A stretch of 63,987 bases of DNA, counting the filler, from the NCBI GenBank assembly GCA_964501035.1. It is 9 parts of 9 records of this genome, joined end to end, with 100 filler letters (N's around TTAATTAATTAA, not from the genome) between each part and the next. Parts side by side here need not be neighbours in the genome. Positions count along the whole stretch, not along the records: positions 27,509 to 34,712 come from CAZCRK010000070.1; positions 34,813 to 41,885 come from CAZCRK010000071.1; positions 41,986 to 48,981 come from CAZCRK010000072.1; 6 more parts are not named here. One strand, written 5' to 3'. Below, piece after piece: positions 32,115 to 43,359 of this stretch; positions within the stretch are counted from its first letter, which is position 1, and the number at the start of each line of letters is the position of its first letter. A model generated the notes under the pieces. The model was given only the letters and a program-made list of their open reading frames with translations. It made no database searches and was not told the DNA's origin. The translations under genes were made by a program, and so were the position numbers.

Positions 32115-33036
32115 ATGAGGATAGTCTTAAATCTATTAATTTTATCTCTAATTTTATTTAGTTGTGCTGAGAATNNNNNNNNNNNNNNNNNNNNNNNNNN
32201 NNNNNNNNNNNNNNNNNNNNNNNNNNNNNNNNNNNNNNNNNNNNNNNNNNNNNNNNNNNNNNNNNNNNNNNNNNGATATTATTACCTGGAATATTCAAAA
32301 TTTTCCTAAAGAAAATAATACTACGGTATATAAAGTTGCAGATATTATAAATCAATTGGGTGTTGAAATTATTGCTCTTCAAGAAATAGAATCAGATGGA
32401 TATTTCAATAATTTAATCGGTCAATTAGACGGGTGGAGTGGTTTTAAATCAAATTCAGCATCGTACGATATTGATTTAGCTATTCTCTATGATACAGAAG
32501 AAATTACGATGATAACTGAATATGAAATTTTTGAAAATGATTGGTATGCCTTTCCACGTTCACCATTGGTTTTTCATTGTGTATGGGATGGAAACGAAAT
32601 CATCATAATTAATAATCATTTAAAGGCATTTGGTGGTGCAGAAAATGAAGATAGACGAAAAGATGCATGTGAAAAATTAGAAAATTATATTCAAACAAAC
32701 CACCCCAATGATGAGGTTATTATTTTGGGTGATATGAATGATGAACTCACTGACCCCAATTCTTCAAATGTATTTTTAAGTTTTATAAATAATGATGAAA
32801 ATTATCAATTTGCAGATGTATCCATTGCGACAGGTAGTTCGTCAAATTGGTCATTCCCAACATGGCCAAGCCATTTAGACCATATATTAATTACCAATGA
32901 ATTGTTTACTGCATTTGATCAACCCTATTCATTGTGTCAAACAATTATAGTTGAAGATTATTTACAAGGGGGTTGGCAAGAATATGAAAATGATATATCC
33001 GATCATCGGCCTGTCGGCATACGGTTGGAGTTCTAA
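32115..33036 (+). CDS. Endonuclease/exonuclease/phosphatase (EEP) family lipoprotein, spanning a 100-N gap (32175-32274)
   Basis: Lipobox LFSC before the gap; TWNIQNF, ALQEI, HLKA, GDMND, LDHI, SDHRPV after it. Confidence 0.85.
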
Positions 33037-33048
33037 GGTGTTAGGGAT

Positions 33049-34641
33049 CTAACGTGCTACAATAATTCGTTCAATCGATTTCCAAGATTCATTCGAATAG
33101 ACAGAATTTGCTTCAATTACCAGTAAATATTGCCCCACTCTACATTTAATATTTCGCTCATCTTTTCCATCCCACATGAGAATTCCCTCCATTGCGACAC
33201 GGTTACCTTTTGAGATTGTTATCATTTTTCGACCAACAGAATTATAGATATCTGCAAATAAAACAGATTGTGTAAAGGGTAAATGGTACGAAATATATAG
33301 ATTGTCTTCATAACCATCACCATTAGGGGAAAATGGATTAGGTGACATTGAGATAACACCGGTTGCTTGGATACTTTCAATAAATAATGAATTTTGGTCA
33401 TTTGGAGTTGCACCAGTAGGACTAACGGATGTTCCCCAATTGCTTTCATTGTTTGAATCTAAATAATGGGTGATTCGCTCAATTGAATAACCATCACCAC
33501 CGCCCCAATCAGGAGAGTATTGTACATGGTCAATCATGTGACCTGTGGGGTCTAGTAAAAAAATATCATCTCCCAAATTATTGAGCCCCGGAAAGTCAGT
33601 CATGTAAATAAAGTTATCAATGCTATCTTCAGATATCACAATAGCAGTATTTGAAAGTACTTGAATTTCAATTTCTATAGGAGGGTTTGAAACAGTTTCT
33701 TCATCATTCACTGACCAATCCAACAAATCAATTTCATTATTGGTGATATTCATAATTTCAATCCATTCGGGATTCCCCGAAATTGGATCATACATAATTT
33801 CATTGATAAGTACGTCACCATAAGAATATTGCACATTGATGTTTGCAGTAATTGAATCATTTGAATAATTATAGTCATTTTCAGTTATGTGATGAATGTT
33901 ATATTCATATTTCCCAGAAATATTTGTCAAATTATTTAGCTCAATAATTTCTATTTCTTGTGGGTTCAGTGTTGATGTTAACTCCAAATTATCGTTTGTA
34001 AAAATCGAAGAAGTTGCAGAATAAAGTCCATAATTTTGGATATGAATATACAGAGAGTATTCTTCATTGGGTTTTGGGTATTGAGGTTGAATGTAAACGG
34101 AATCTATACCCACATCAACTGTCATAAACTCTACACTATTTGGCAATCCAGGTGTTCCCAAAGAATCAATGCTTTCATGCCAATTTTGTAAAGTGTTAGG
34201 CAGTTCTAATGCAATTTTCTCAAGTGAAAATCCTGCAGTCACACCATCATTCCAACCCATGAATGAAATGGTATCTCCAATATTGGAAATCAAAAACAGC
34301 GAATCTTGAGAGTTTCCAAGCCCATTTCCTATACTTAAATCATCAACATGTATTATGATAGTAGAGTTTGGAATTAAATGATCATAAAATCCATCATAAT
34401 CACCTTCCAATATCAATGCATAATTATTGGGTACTAGCATATAATTATCTGAAAGTAGTTCATCAGTACTTAGTTTATCAACGATTTTCCAATCGGTTAA
34501 ATCAACAGTTTCAGACGAATTGTTTAAAATTTCTATGAATTCATTAGGAGAATCACTTCCTGCTAAATCAAACATAACTTCTGTAAAAATTATTTGGGCA
34601 TAACCAATACTAGTTAGGATAAGGACATTAATTAATTTCAT
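33049..34641 (-). CDS. Secreted protein with two lamin-tail domains and a T9SS/FlgD-like C-terminal domain
   Basis: IIFTEVMFD..NEFIEILN and VLINEIMYDP..EWIEIMN lamin-tail motifs, each ending in GTPG/GATP; C-terminal SPNPFSPNGDG...WDGKD..GQYL. Confidence 0.82.
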   Translation of the reverse strand: MKLINVLILTSIGYAQIIFTEVMFDLAGSDSPNEFIEILNNSSETVDLTDWKIVDKLSTDELLSDNYMLVPNNYALILEGDYDGFYDHLIPNSTIIIHVDDLSIGNGLGNSQDSLFLISNIGDTISFMGWNDGVTAGFSLEKIALELPNTLQNWHESIDSLGTPGLPNSVEFMTVDVGIDSVYIQPQYPKPNEEYSLYIHIQNYGLYSATSSIFTNDNLELTSTLNPQEIEIIELNNLTNISGKYEYNIHHITENDYNYSNDSITANINVQYSYGDVLINEIMYDPISGNPEWIEIMNITNNEIDLLDWSVNDEETVSNPPIEIEIQVLSNTAIVISEDSIDNFIYMTDFPGLNNLGDDIFLLDPTGHMIDHVQYSPDWGGGDGYSIERITHYLDSNNESNWGTSVSPTGATPNDQNSLFIESIQATGVISMSPNPFSPNGDGYEDNLYISYHLPFTQSVLFADIYNSVGRKMITISKGNRVAMEGILMWDGKDERNIKCRVGQYLLVIEANSVYSNESWKSIERIIVAR

Positions 34642-34682
34642 GATTTAAAATACAGAAAAATTTTGGGGTAAAAAAAGAAAAA

Positions 34683-34698
34683 TGTGATTTACATCAAA
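34683..34698. promoter_or_regulatory. Putative CRP-type binding site
   Basis: TGTGA-tttaca-TCAAA matches 9 of 10 positions of TGTGA-N6-TCACA, about 40 bp upstream of the lamin-tail gene. Confidence 0.4.
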
Positions 34699-34812
34699 AA
34701 AAACTTGTGGAANNNNNNNNNNNNNNNNNNNNNNNNNNNNNNNNNNNNNNNNNNNNTTAATTAATTAANNNNNNNNNNNNNNNNNNNNNNNNNNNNNNNN
34801 NNNNNNNNNNNN

Positions 34813-35094
34813 ACACTTACAGACTATTATCAATATCCAATTGATTTAGGACGATTGCAACTGACTGCGCCTGGAGCAGATATTTTAGATGATGTCACAC
34901 AATATACAGATGAGAATGGACAAGTAACATGGGATATTCAGTACACGGATGCGGTAACCCCTCCAACAGGTGTTGATCCACCAATATCATATCAAGATTT
35001 TACATCTACAATAGTTGTTACCTTATTGGATCCATTGCAAACATCTAGCGATCCATTGGATATTTTATTAATTAAGTCACAAATTGACGAATAA
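34813..35094 (+). CDS. C-terminal fragment of an Ig-like (invasin/Big-type) domain protein
   Basis: Frame is open from the gap; TLTDYYQYPI...YTDENGQVTW beta-rich pattern. Confidence 0.5.
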   Translation, partial: TLTDYYQYPIDLGRLQLTAPGADILDDVTQYTDENGQVTWDIQYTDAVTPPTGVDPPISYQDFTSTIVVTLLDPLQTSSDPLDILLIKSQIDE

Positions 35095-35106
35095 TCGAAA
35101 GGTCGT

Positions 35107-36828
35107 ATGAGCAATTTTAATCCTCAATTCGAGAAAATTGGTGATATTTTAGTTTATGAGGGCGTTATCAATGATGACGCCCTTTCTAAAGCACTTCAAG
35201 AACAAAAAAGTAGTAAGGATAAACTAGGTCATGTTTTAATTAAACAAGGCGTTATTACTGAAGATGATTTAGTAAAAGCATATTCACTTCAACTAGGACA
35301 TAAACCTATCTTAGAAGAAGATTTAATGAAAGCTCCATCCGATGTTGTTTCATTACTTCCTGAAGATTTTGCAACTGAAAATAACGTTATTGCTCTCAAA
35401 AAGAATGATACGACTATTTTGGTTGCAATGGAAGACCCTGAAGACTTAGTAACGTTAGATTCTATTCGAAAACTGACCAATCTTTCACCAGAAGTTTTGG
35501 TTGCTGGGCGTTCAGCAATCAAATTAGTGATTGAGCGACTTTACGATAAAATTAAAAAAAGTTCTGAAGTTGATTCTGCAATTTCTAATATCAGTATTGT
35601 TCGAGGTGATGATGAATCTTCTGAAGAAGTTGACCTAGCTACAGAAGAAGTTTCAGCTGAAGATGCCCCGTTTGTAAAACTAGTTAACCTAATATTAGTT
35701 GAAGCAATTAAAGAAGATTCCTCTGATATTCATATTGAGCCATCTAAAAAGGAAGTTTCTGTACGCATTAGGATAGATGGTGTTTTGACAAAAATCATGT
35801 CACCACCTATCACATCTCTGAATGGTATTGTTGCACGTGTAAAAATTCTTTCTCGATTAAATATTGCCGAACATCGTCTTCCTCAAGATGGAAGAATGAA
35901 ATTAAAAATGGGTGATAGAGAAATTGACGTACGTGTTTCTATTCTACCAACCGTACATGGTGAAAAAGTGGTACTCCGTTTATTAGGAAGTGGTGAAAAA
36001 GAAATCACACTTACAACACTTGGTTTCCCAAAATATAAACTTCAAACATTTACAAAATGGATTAATCAACCGTATGGAATGGTATTAATTTCAGGACCTA
36101 CAGGTAGTGGTAAATCAACTACTTTGTATGCATCTCTGTCTGAGATTAATAATGATGGTATAAATATAACCACAGTGGAAGACCCTGTTGAATATCAAAT
36201 ACCAGGAATCAACCAAGTACAAATGCACGATGAAATTGGACTTACTTTTGCCTCTTCCCTGCGCTCTATTTTACGTCAAGATCCAGACGTACTTTTGATT
36301 GGTGAGATTAGAGATAATGAAACAGCTGATATTGCAGTAAAGTTTTCTTTGACTGGACACTTGGTATTTAGTACAGTTCACGCGAATGATGCACCATCAA
36401 CGATAACACGTCTGTTAGATATTGGAATTCCTCCTTTTCTACTTGGCTCAAGTTTGAATTTGGTTATGGCACAACGTTTGATTCGAACCATTTGCCCTAA
36501 TTGTAAAGAAAGTTACACTCCAGATAGTGAAGAACTTGATAGAATTAAGCTCACAAAAGAGCAAATAGGTCAGATAGATTTTAAACATGGGAAAGGCTGT
36601 AGTAAATGTCGTTATACTGGATATAAAGGACGAACTGCAATTCACGAAATCTTAGAGCTAAAACAAGAAATTCGGCAACTAATTTTTAGTAACGCGAACG
36701 AACATGTTATCAAAGACAAAGCAATTGAACTTGGAATGACACCATTAAGAGATGCTGGTATTGAAAAATTGGTGACTGGAGAATCCACAATCTATGAAAT
36801 ATTACGTTCAACAGTAGAGGAATTTTAA
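35107..36828 (+). CDS. pilB: Type IV pilus assembly / T2SS ATPase PilB/GspE
   Basis: MshEN-like KLGHVLIKQG, SDIHIEP, RLPQDGR, GPTGSGKSTTLY, LRQDPD, TGHLVFSTVHAND, Zn-binding CxxC pairs. Confidence 0.93.
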   Translation: MSNFNPQFEKIGDILVYEGVINDDALSKALQEQKSSKDKLGHVLIKQGVITEDDLVKAYSLQLGHKPILEEDLMKAPSDVVSLLPEDFATENNVIALKKNDTTILVAMEDPEDLVTLDSIRKLTNLSPEVLVAGRSAIKLVIERLYDKIKKSSEVDSAISNISIVRGDDESSEEVDLATEEVSAEDAPFVKLVNLILVEAIKEDSSDIHIEPSKKEVSVRIRIDGVLTKIMSPPITSLNGIVARVKILSRLNIAEHRLPQDGRMKLKMGDREIDVRVSILPTVHGEKVVLRLLGSGEKEITLTTLGFPKYKLQTFTKWINQPYGMVLISGPTGSGKSTTLYASLSEINNDGINITTVEDPVEYQIPGINQVQMHDEIGLTFASSLRSILRQDPDVLLIGEIRDNETADIAVKFSLTGHLVFSTVHANDAPSTITRLLDIGIPPFLLGSSLNLVMAQRLIRTICPNCKESYTPDSEELDRIKLTKEQIGQIDFKHGKGCSKCRYTGYKGRTAIHEILELKQEIRQLIFSNANEHVIKDKAIELGMTPLRDAGIEKLVTGESTIYEILRSTVEEF

Positions 36829-38069
36829 TGCCTGACTTTAGCTATATTGCACGCACACCAGAAGGTGTAAGAAAAGAAGGTGTAATAAATGCTTCAAATT
36901 TTAATGAAGCATCCGAAAAACTCCTTTCTGAACAATTGGTCGTTGTCAAACTATCAGAACGAGATACATCCTTCGATTTTATGGGACCTTTCTTAGATAG
37001 ATTAAGTCTTGAAAAAGAAAAATTTAAAAGTAGAGTTCCTTTAAGTATTCTTGTTTTCTTTACACGTCAATTAGCCACTATGTTTGCATCGGGTCTAACA
37101 ATTGAACGTGCATTATATTTTTTAGCTGAAGAGGAAAAAAATAAGAAATTTAAGAAAGTTCTGAAAGAAATTGAAGGTAATATTCGAAAGGGTATGCTTT
37201 TATCAGATGCATTAGAGAGACACCCAGGGGTGTTTACAAATCTATACATTTCACTCGTGAGAGCTGGTGAAGTGAGTGGTAAGTTGTCAGAAACTCTTGA
37301 AGAGTTGTCCCAATACTTAGAAACGGTTGAAGATACTCAACGCAAAGTAAAATCCGCAATGTACTATCCTGTATTTATCATTGGATTCTTAGCATTTATG
37401 TTGTTTGTGACTTTTACTTTTATAATTCCTCAGTTTTCATCTGTATATGAATCTTTAGGGTCTGATCTTCCTTACTATACGGTAGTATTGGTTAATACGG
37501 GTGATTGGTTCCAGGAAAATATTGTAATTGTTATTTTTATCTCTTTAATTGCTATGTTTAATTTATGGTTGTTTACCCTAACTGATACTGGCAGACTGGG
37601 TAAGGATAGAATGATTTTGAAAACCCCTATTTTCGGTCGACTAATCGAACAAAATGTACTTAGCAAATTTTCTAAAACTTTTGGTATTTTGTTAAGTGCA
37701 GGTGTGTCTGTCATGGATGCAATGGGACTCATAAAAAAAGTGGTTGATAATAGAGTGTATGAATTAGCAATTGCAAAAGCATCAAAAAATATTGAAAATG
37801 GTGTGAGCATTTCAGATGCACTTCGTGAAACAGGTGTGTTTCCCCCAATCATGATTCAACTACTTTCAACGGGTGAAGAAACAGGTGAAATAGACAATTT
37901 AGCTCTAAAAGCGTCTGAGTTTTATACCAAACAGGTAAATGCAATTGTTGATAGATTAACATCTATCATTGAACCTGCATTAATTGTTTTTGTGGGTGTT
38001 GTAATTGGTGCTATTGTAATTGTAACATATCTTCCAATCTTCCATTTTGGTACTGCTTTAGCACATTAA
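36828..38069 (+). CDS. pilC: Type IV pilus / T2SS platform protein PilC/GspF
   Basis: FTRQLATMFASGL, AGEVSGKL, KVKSAMYYP, GEETGEID, IEPALIV, YLPIF. Confidence 0.93.
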   Translation: MPDFSYIARTPEGVRKEGVINASNFNEASEKLLSEQLVVVKLSERDTSFDFMGPFLDRLSLEKEKFKSRVPLSILVFFTRQLATMFASGLTIERALYFLAEEEKNKKFKKVLKEIEGNIRKGMLLSDALERHPGVFTNLYISLVRAGEVSGKLSETLEELSQYLETVEDTQRKVKSAMYYPVFIIGFLAFMLFVTFTFIIPQFSSVYESLGSDLPYYTVVLVNTGDWFQENIVIVIFISLIAMFNLWLFTLTDTGRLGKDRMILKTPIFGRLIEQNVLSKFSKTFGILLSAGVSVMDAMGLIKKVVDNRVYELAIAKASKNIENGVSISDALRETGVFPPIMIQLLSTGEETGEIDNLALKASEFYTKQVNAIVDRLTSIIEPALIVFVGVVIGAIVIVTYLPIFHFGTALAH

Positions 38070-38075
38070 AATAGT

Positions 38076-38822
38076 ATGGACCCATACTTTATTTTATTGT
38101 TAGTTCTGGGGTTATCTTTTGGAAGCTTTATTAATGTTGTAATATACCGTTATCCACGTAAGATTTCGTTAATAAAGCCTGGCTCATATTGCCCAAGCTG
38201 TAACTCCCCTATACCTTTGTATCGAAATATTCCATTGTTTAGTTTTATACTACAACGTGGGAAATGTGCACAATGTAACCAATCTATTTCTTTTAGATAC
38301 CCACTTATTGAAAGTTTAATTGCCCTATTTTGGGGATGGGGATATATTGTTTTTCCTAATTATGAAAATGTGTTGTTTATCTTTGTTGCAAGCATTTTAA
38401 CTATTATTTCTCTAATAGATTTAGACACAATGCAAATTCCACTTCCATTCATTAGTATGGCAACTATTAGTATTTTATTTCATGAATATTTTTTTGCTGA
38501 AAATTTCCAATTTGCATTACATGGTTTTATTGCTGGAGTCGGATATTTATCTCTTGTTTTTCTGTTAACTTGGATAATTTTCAAAAAGCAAACATTGGGC
38601 TTTGGTGATTTATTTCTTGTTGCTGTAACTGGTTTGTGGTTGGGAGCTATAAATGTTCTCGTATCAATTTTTATTGGAGCAATTATCGCGATGATAGTTT
38701 GGTTGATTATCTCAATTAAATCTGGATTTGATAGAAATAGACCTATGCCATTTGGACCCTATTTAGCATTTAGTGCCATTTTTGTAAAAATGGTTCATCC
38801 AACACCAATTTTTACTTTTTAA
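38076..38822 (+). CDS. pilD: Prepilin peptidase
   Basis: GSFINVVIYRYP, CPSC..C..C, IDLD, GFGD, PFGPYL. Confidence 0.93.
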   Translation: MDPYFILLLVLGLSFGSFINVVIYRYPRKISLIKPGSYCPSCNSPIPLYRNIPLFSFILQRGKCAQCNQSISFRYPLIESLIALFWGWGYIVFPNYENVLFIFVASILTIISLIDLDTMQIPLPFISMATISILFHEYFFAENFQFALHGFIAGVGYLSLVFLLTWIIFKKQTLGFGDLFLVAVTGLWLGAINVLVSIFIGAIIAMIVWLIISIKSGFDRNRPMPFGPYLAFSAIFVKMVHPTPIFTF

Positions 38823-39579
38823 CTAATAATATTTGTCTTTCTCGTTCAAAGACCATTGCACTAACCGCTGCAGACACGTTTAAAGAATTCACAAATCCTT
38901 GCATTGGAATAGTTGCTTTAAAATCACATGCCTTTAAAATATTTTGGCGGATTCCTTTTCCCTCACTCCCTACTATAATTGCAATTTTTCCAGTTAAATC
39001 AATTTCATACCATGGTTTTGCATCAATACCATTTTCAAGAGCTACTATCCAAAAACCCTGTTTTTTAAGATTATCAATATATTGTTTTAAGTTGCCACAT
39101 TGAATCAAATTTAAATGAACAAATGCTCCTTGGCTTACCTGAAGCACAGTAGGTGTTAATCCAACACTATGATGTTCTGGAAACACTACACCATCCATAC
39201 CAGCACATTCAGCTGTACGTAATATTTGCCCAGCGTTCTGAGGGTCTTCAATATTATCAAGAATAAGCAAGCCTATATTACCATCAATATTTTCATATGA
39301 TTTCGGTTTTTGTAACACAACCCCTTGAAAGTAAATAACAATACCTTGTGTTCTATATTGGGAATATTTTTTTAAATATTTGTCTCTTGGTAATACTTGA
39401 ACCAAATTTGAATATTTATGCAGATAGTTTTTAAACTCACCCTTTTTGGATGCATGCCCTCCATCCATTAATTCAATGGATAAAACAGTGTATTTATTGG
39501 TTTTTAACAGATTCTCACATCCATTAATTCCAAAAATAAAATGACTTGTTTTTCTGTTATGTTTTGTTTGTTTACCCAT
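38812..39579 (-). CDS. rlmB: TrmH/SpoU family rRNA methyltransferase (RlmB-like)
   Basis: LDNIEDPQNAGQILRTA, VGSEGKG, IPMQGFVNSLNVSAA. Confidence 0.88.
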   Translation of the reverse strand: MGKQTKHNRKTSHFIFGINGCENLLKTNKYTVLSIELMDGGHASKKGEFKNYLHKYSNLVQVLPRDKYLKKYSQYRTQGIVIYFQGVVLQKPKSYENIDGNIGLLILDNIEDPQNAGQILRTAECAGMDGVVFPEHHSVGLTPTVLQVSQGAFVHLNLIQCGNLKQYIDNLKKQGFWIVALENGIDAKPWYEIDLTGKIAIIVGSEGKGIRQNILKACDFKATIPMQGFVNSLNVSAAVSAMVFERERQILLVKK

Positions 39580-39643
39580 ATATATTCAAAAACTTACTAC
39601 TTTTATCCATTTGTTTAATAGAAATGATTATGCAAATTTAGGT

Positions 39644-40027
39644 ATGGATAAACGGGGTAAAATTCGCATTGATAAATGGCTTTGGGCTGTGCGTGTATAT
39701 AAAACACGAACACTTGCCAGTGAGGCTTGTAGTTCAGGGAAAGTTAAAATAAGTGGAAAAAGTGTAAAGCCATCGCACTCGGTTGTCATAGGGATAGAAA
39801 TCACTGTCCAAAAAAAATTAATCAAACATCGATTTAAAGTTTTAGGATTGATTGAAAAACGTGTTTCTGCTAAGATAGCATCGGAAAATATTGAAGATTT
39901 AACTCCAGAGAGTGAAACAATTAAATTAAGTATTGCGAAACATCAACCAGTGGCATATCGAGAACGAGGTAAAGGTCGCCCCACTAAGAAAGAACGACGC
40001 AAAATGGATAAACTGAAATGGGAATAA
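39644..40027 (+). CDS. hslR: Ribosome-associated heat shock protein Hsp15 (S4 domain)
   Basis: RIDKWLWAVRVYKTRTLA, GRPTKKERR. Confidence 0.92.
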   Translation: MDKRGKIRIDKWLWAVRVYKTRTLASEACSSGKVKISGKSVKPSHSVVIGIEITVQKKLIKHRFKVLGLIEKRVSAKIASENIEDLTPESETIKLSIAKHQPVAYRERGKGRPTKKERRKMDKLKWE

Positions 40028-40704
40028 AAATTAGTACTGAACTTCAAACTGAATTTGCAAAATTTCAAAATCCTGAAGTTGCTCACGGTCAACAAGCTTA
40101 TATGAAGTCTGCAATGCCTTACTGGGGCATTAAAACTCCAGAAAGAAAAAATATTTGTTCAGAAATATTTAAAAAATATACACCCATTTCTAATAACGAA
40201 TATAAAAATACAGTATTGGAATTGTTTGATAATGCTTCACGACGAGAAGAATGGTATGCAAGTGTTGCTTTTGCATTACGTTTTAAAAAGTATATCCAAT
40301 TTGAAAATATCAATTTGTATCTGTACTTGGTGACTCAAAGCCAATGGTGGGATGTCGTAGATGCAGTCGCTTCAAATCTTATTGGTCCAGCAATGTATAA
40401 CCACCCGCATTTAGAACAAAATTTACAAAAGTGGATTCGTGATGAAAATATGTGGATTCGCCGAACTGCGTTGCTCACGCAACTAAACTATAAATCCGAT
40501 ACAAATTTTGGTTTACTAACACACCTAATTTTACAAGTGAGTCATGAAAAAGAATTTTTTATTCGAAAAGCCATTGGTTGGGTATTACGGGAATATTCTA
40601 AAATAAATCCTGAACCGGTTCAGTTGTTTATTGAAAATAATGCAGATTCACTTTCCCCCCTATCTGTTCGGGAAGGAATGAAAATAATTAACAAACAGAG
40701 GTAA
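40018..40704 (+). CDS. DNA alkylation repair protein (AlkD-like)
   Basis: AYMKS..YWGIKTP, WWDVVD, NMWIRRTA, EFFIRKAIGWVLREYSK, LSVREG. Confidence 0.9.
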   Translation: MGIKISTELQTEFAKFQNPEVAHGQQAYMKSAMPYWGIKTPERKNICSEIFKKYTPISNNEYKNTVLELFDNASRREEWYASVAFALRFKKYIQFENINLYLYLVTQSQWWDVVDAVASNLIGPAMYNHPHLEQNLQKWIRDENMWIRRTALLTQLNYKSDTNFGLLTHLILQVSHEKEFFIRKAIGWVLREYSKINPEPVQLFIENNADSLSPLSVREGMKIINKQR

Positions 40705-40707
40705 TTG

Positions 40708-41885
40708 ATGAGACAAAAATTAATATTGATACTCCTTCCCATTTTGTTGTTTTTAAATTGTGCATATTTTACAAGTCATGGACGTGCATATAAGCAAGCA
40801 GATAAAGCCTATCAATTGGGTGATTACGATTCTGCAGTAGAATCATGTATTGCATCACTTCAAGCAAAAAGAGACTATGATAAATCTTTAACCTTGATGA
40901 ATGAGATTTTCCCAATTGCAGTTAAATCACATATTAGAGCCATTGACCGACTTCCATCTTCTGGAAATGATTTTTATAACGACAAAATAGTTCAGCATTT
41001 TACTGATTTGATTCACTTGGTTGAAATTGTTGAAAATTTAAATCATCCTAAAACTGAAGTATGGTTTTTCAAAGCAAATGTTCAAGATTACTCAGATGCG
41101 TTAAATGAAGCAAAACTCAATGCATCTGAAGCTCATTACAAAGTAGGAAAGACTTACCTAAGTTCAGAAAAAGTAGAAGATTTCCGTAAAGCTGCATATG
41201 AGTTTAAGTTAGCACTATCATTTAATACTCCATATAAAGATGCTCATGAATTATATGCAGATGCTCGAAAATTAGGTACCTTACAAATTGCGGTTTTAAC
41301 TTTTGAAAATAAAAGTGGCAAAAATAAATTCGGTGCAGTTGGTGAAACATTATCAAACAAACTAATTTCTCATTTAATGAATGATAGTCAATTAATGGAA
41401 TTCACCAACTTTGTTAATCGCGATCAAATTGATTTAATTATTGAGGAGTTGAAATTGGGTCAATCTGGATTAGTGCATGATGAATCAATTGTAGATGTTG
41501 GAAATTTGAAAAATGTTGATAGATTAATTAGTGGAGCAATTTCACAAATCATTATTTCACCACCGAATCATAAAAAAGAAAGAAAAACACTAACCAAAAA
41601 CGTTAAAACTGGTTCAGAAGTGTTTACAGATAGTTTAGGGCAACAACAGACTGTCGATATTTATAGTGATGTCAAAGCACATGTTGTTTATCACAATATT
41701 ATTGCAAGTGTTACTGTTACAGCGAATGTTAAAGTAGTTGATGTAGAAACATCATCTTTATTCTTTAATAAGAATATAACTAGGACTATTGATTATTCCC
41801 ACAAATGGGCAACTTACAGAGGTGATTCAAGAGCATTAGATTGGAGCACTCAAATACTTTCTAATAGAAAAGAGAAATCTCCTCC
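40708..41885 (+). CDS. Lipoprotein with TPR-like helices and CsgG/TolB-N-like domain (3' partial)
   Basis: Lipobox FLNC; IAVLTFEN, VNRDQIDLIIEELKLGQSGLV, VKVVDVETS. Confidence 0.75.
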
Positions 41886-42248
41886 NNNNNNNNNNNNNNN
41901 NNNNNNNNNNNNNNNNNNNNNNNNNNNNNTTAATTAATTAANNNNNNNNNNNNNNNNNNNNNNNNNNNNNNNNNNNNNNNNNNNNCTTTAAGAGGCGATT
42001 CCAACTCACAGAACTCTGCAATGCGGGAACGCATAGCGGATACGACGTTATTTTTTGTTATTTTGATTGCTTGGTAAGCTTGCAAAGTATATCCAAATGA
42101 TTCCAGCGAAATTTAGTATCTCATTATTATCAAATTCCTTAAACCACCATTATTAAACCCTTATAATTATATTAATAATTAAGTCTTTAGGCATTTTTAA
42201 TGAATTATAACTAAAAAATAGAACAAAAAAGTTAAATGAAAGATTATT

Positions 42249-43346
42249 CTATTGATAAGATTTGATCTTATCAACGACGTATTTTATTTGTTCTTGAGTT
42301 AATTCAGGGAACATTGGGAGAGACAAAATTCTACTTTGTGCATTGTGCGCATGAGGGAAATCTTCTGAGGTATGTTCTAGGTATTCATACGCATTTAGGA
42401 AAGGTAAAGCCGTAGGATAATGAATTCCTGTTGCAATACCGTTCTCTTTTAAATGGGCTTGTAGCCCGTCCCGGTCTTCATGTTGGATTACAAATAAATG
42501 AAATACGTGTGTCCCATTTGTATCGATTTTTGGAAGAGTAAGGTTTTCATTATCAAGAAGAGTTGAATACGTTGAGGCATGTTGACGTCTTAAATCATTC
42601 CATTGGAGAATATGTGGGAGTTTAACAGATAGCACAGCAGCCTGAAGCCCATCTAATCGACTATTGATACCTTCTATCTGATGATGGTGTTTTTGAAGTG
42701 CGCCATGGTTTGAATACATTTGGATTTTTTCTGCTAGAGAATCATCATTTGTTATAATACCACCCGCGTCTCCATAAGCTCCTAAATTTTTACCGGGGAA
42801 AAAACTAAATGTTCCAATATCACCAATTGTGCCAACTGTTTGATTTTGATATTTTGCAAAATGAGCCTGTGCGCAATCTTCAATAATCTTAAGATCATAT
42901 TTTTTTGCAATCAAATTAATCTCATCCATTGGAGCTGGTTGCCCATAAATGTGAACAGGGATAATAGCTTTTGTATTATTTGTTATTTTTTCTTCAATTT
43001 TTTTTGGATCTATAGTGTAGTAGTCTGGATCTATGTCTACAAAAACAACTTTGGCACCGGTTTGTGTGATTGTTTCAGATGTTGAAATCCAACTCAATGC
43101 AGTCGTAATAACTTCATCACCTGGACCAACGCCCAGCGATTTCAATGAGATGTAGATAGCATCCGTTCCATTTGCACAACTCAAGGTATGTTTTACATTA
43201 TAGGCTTCACTATAAGCTGATTCAAACTCGTTGACGAATCGTCCTTTAATAAATGCGGTATTATCAATTACACTTTGTATTGCTTTATCCATTTCAGGTT
43301 TTAAAGATTGGTATTGTGCCTTGAGATCAACAAATGGGATTTTCAT
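42249..43346 (-). CDS. DegT/DnrJ/EryC1/StrS sugar aminotransferase (WbpE-like)
   Basis: IPFVDLKAQY, NGTDA, IEDCAQAH, SFFPGKNLGAYGDAG, NSRLDGLQAA, LSLPMFP. Confidence 0.94.
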   Translation of the reverse strand: MKIPFVDLKAQYQSLKPEMDKAIQSVIDNTAFIKGRFVNEFESAYSEAYNVKHTLSCANGTDAIYISLKSLGVGPGDEVITTALSWISTSETITQTGAKVVFVDIDPDYYTIDPKKIEEKITNNTKAIIPVHIYGQPAPMDEINLIAKKYDLKIIEDCAQAHFAKYQNQTVGTIGDIGTFSFFPGKNLGAYGDAGGIITNDDSLAEKIQMYSNHGALQKHHHQIEGINSRLDGLQAAVLSVKLPHILQWNDLRRQHASTYSTLLDNENLTLPKIDTNGTHVFHLFVIQHEDRDGLQAHLKENGIATGIHYPTALPFLNAYEYLEHTSEDFPHAHNAQSRILSLPMFPELTQEQIKYVVDKIKSYQ

Positions 43347-43359
43347 TAGAATTATTCGT

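Noticed and set aside
35107..38822. pilB-pilC-pilD as a novel secretion system
   Set aside because: This is an ordinary type IV pilus/T2SS core with no unusual components visible.
41986..42125. Short minus-strand frame (SLESFGYTLQAYQAIK...) at the contig edge
   Set aside because: The nearest upstream ATG is followed by a stop after three codons, there is no recognisable family, and it is too short to call.
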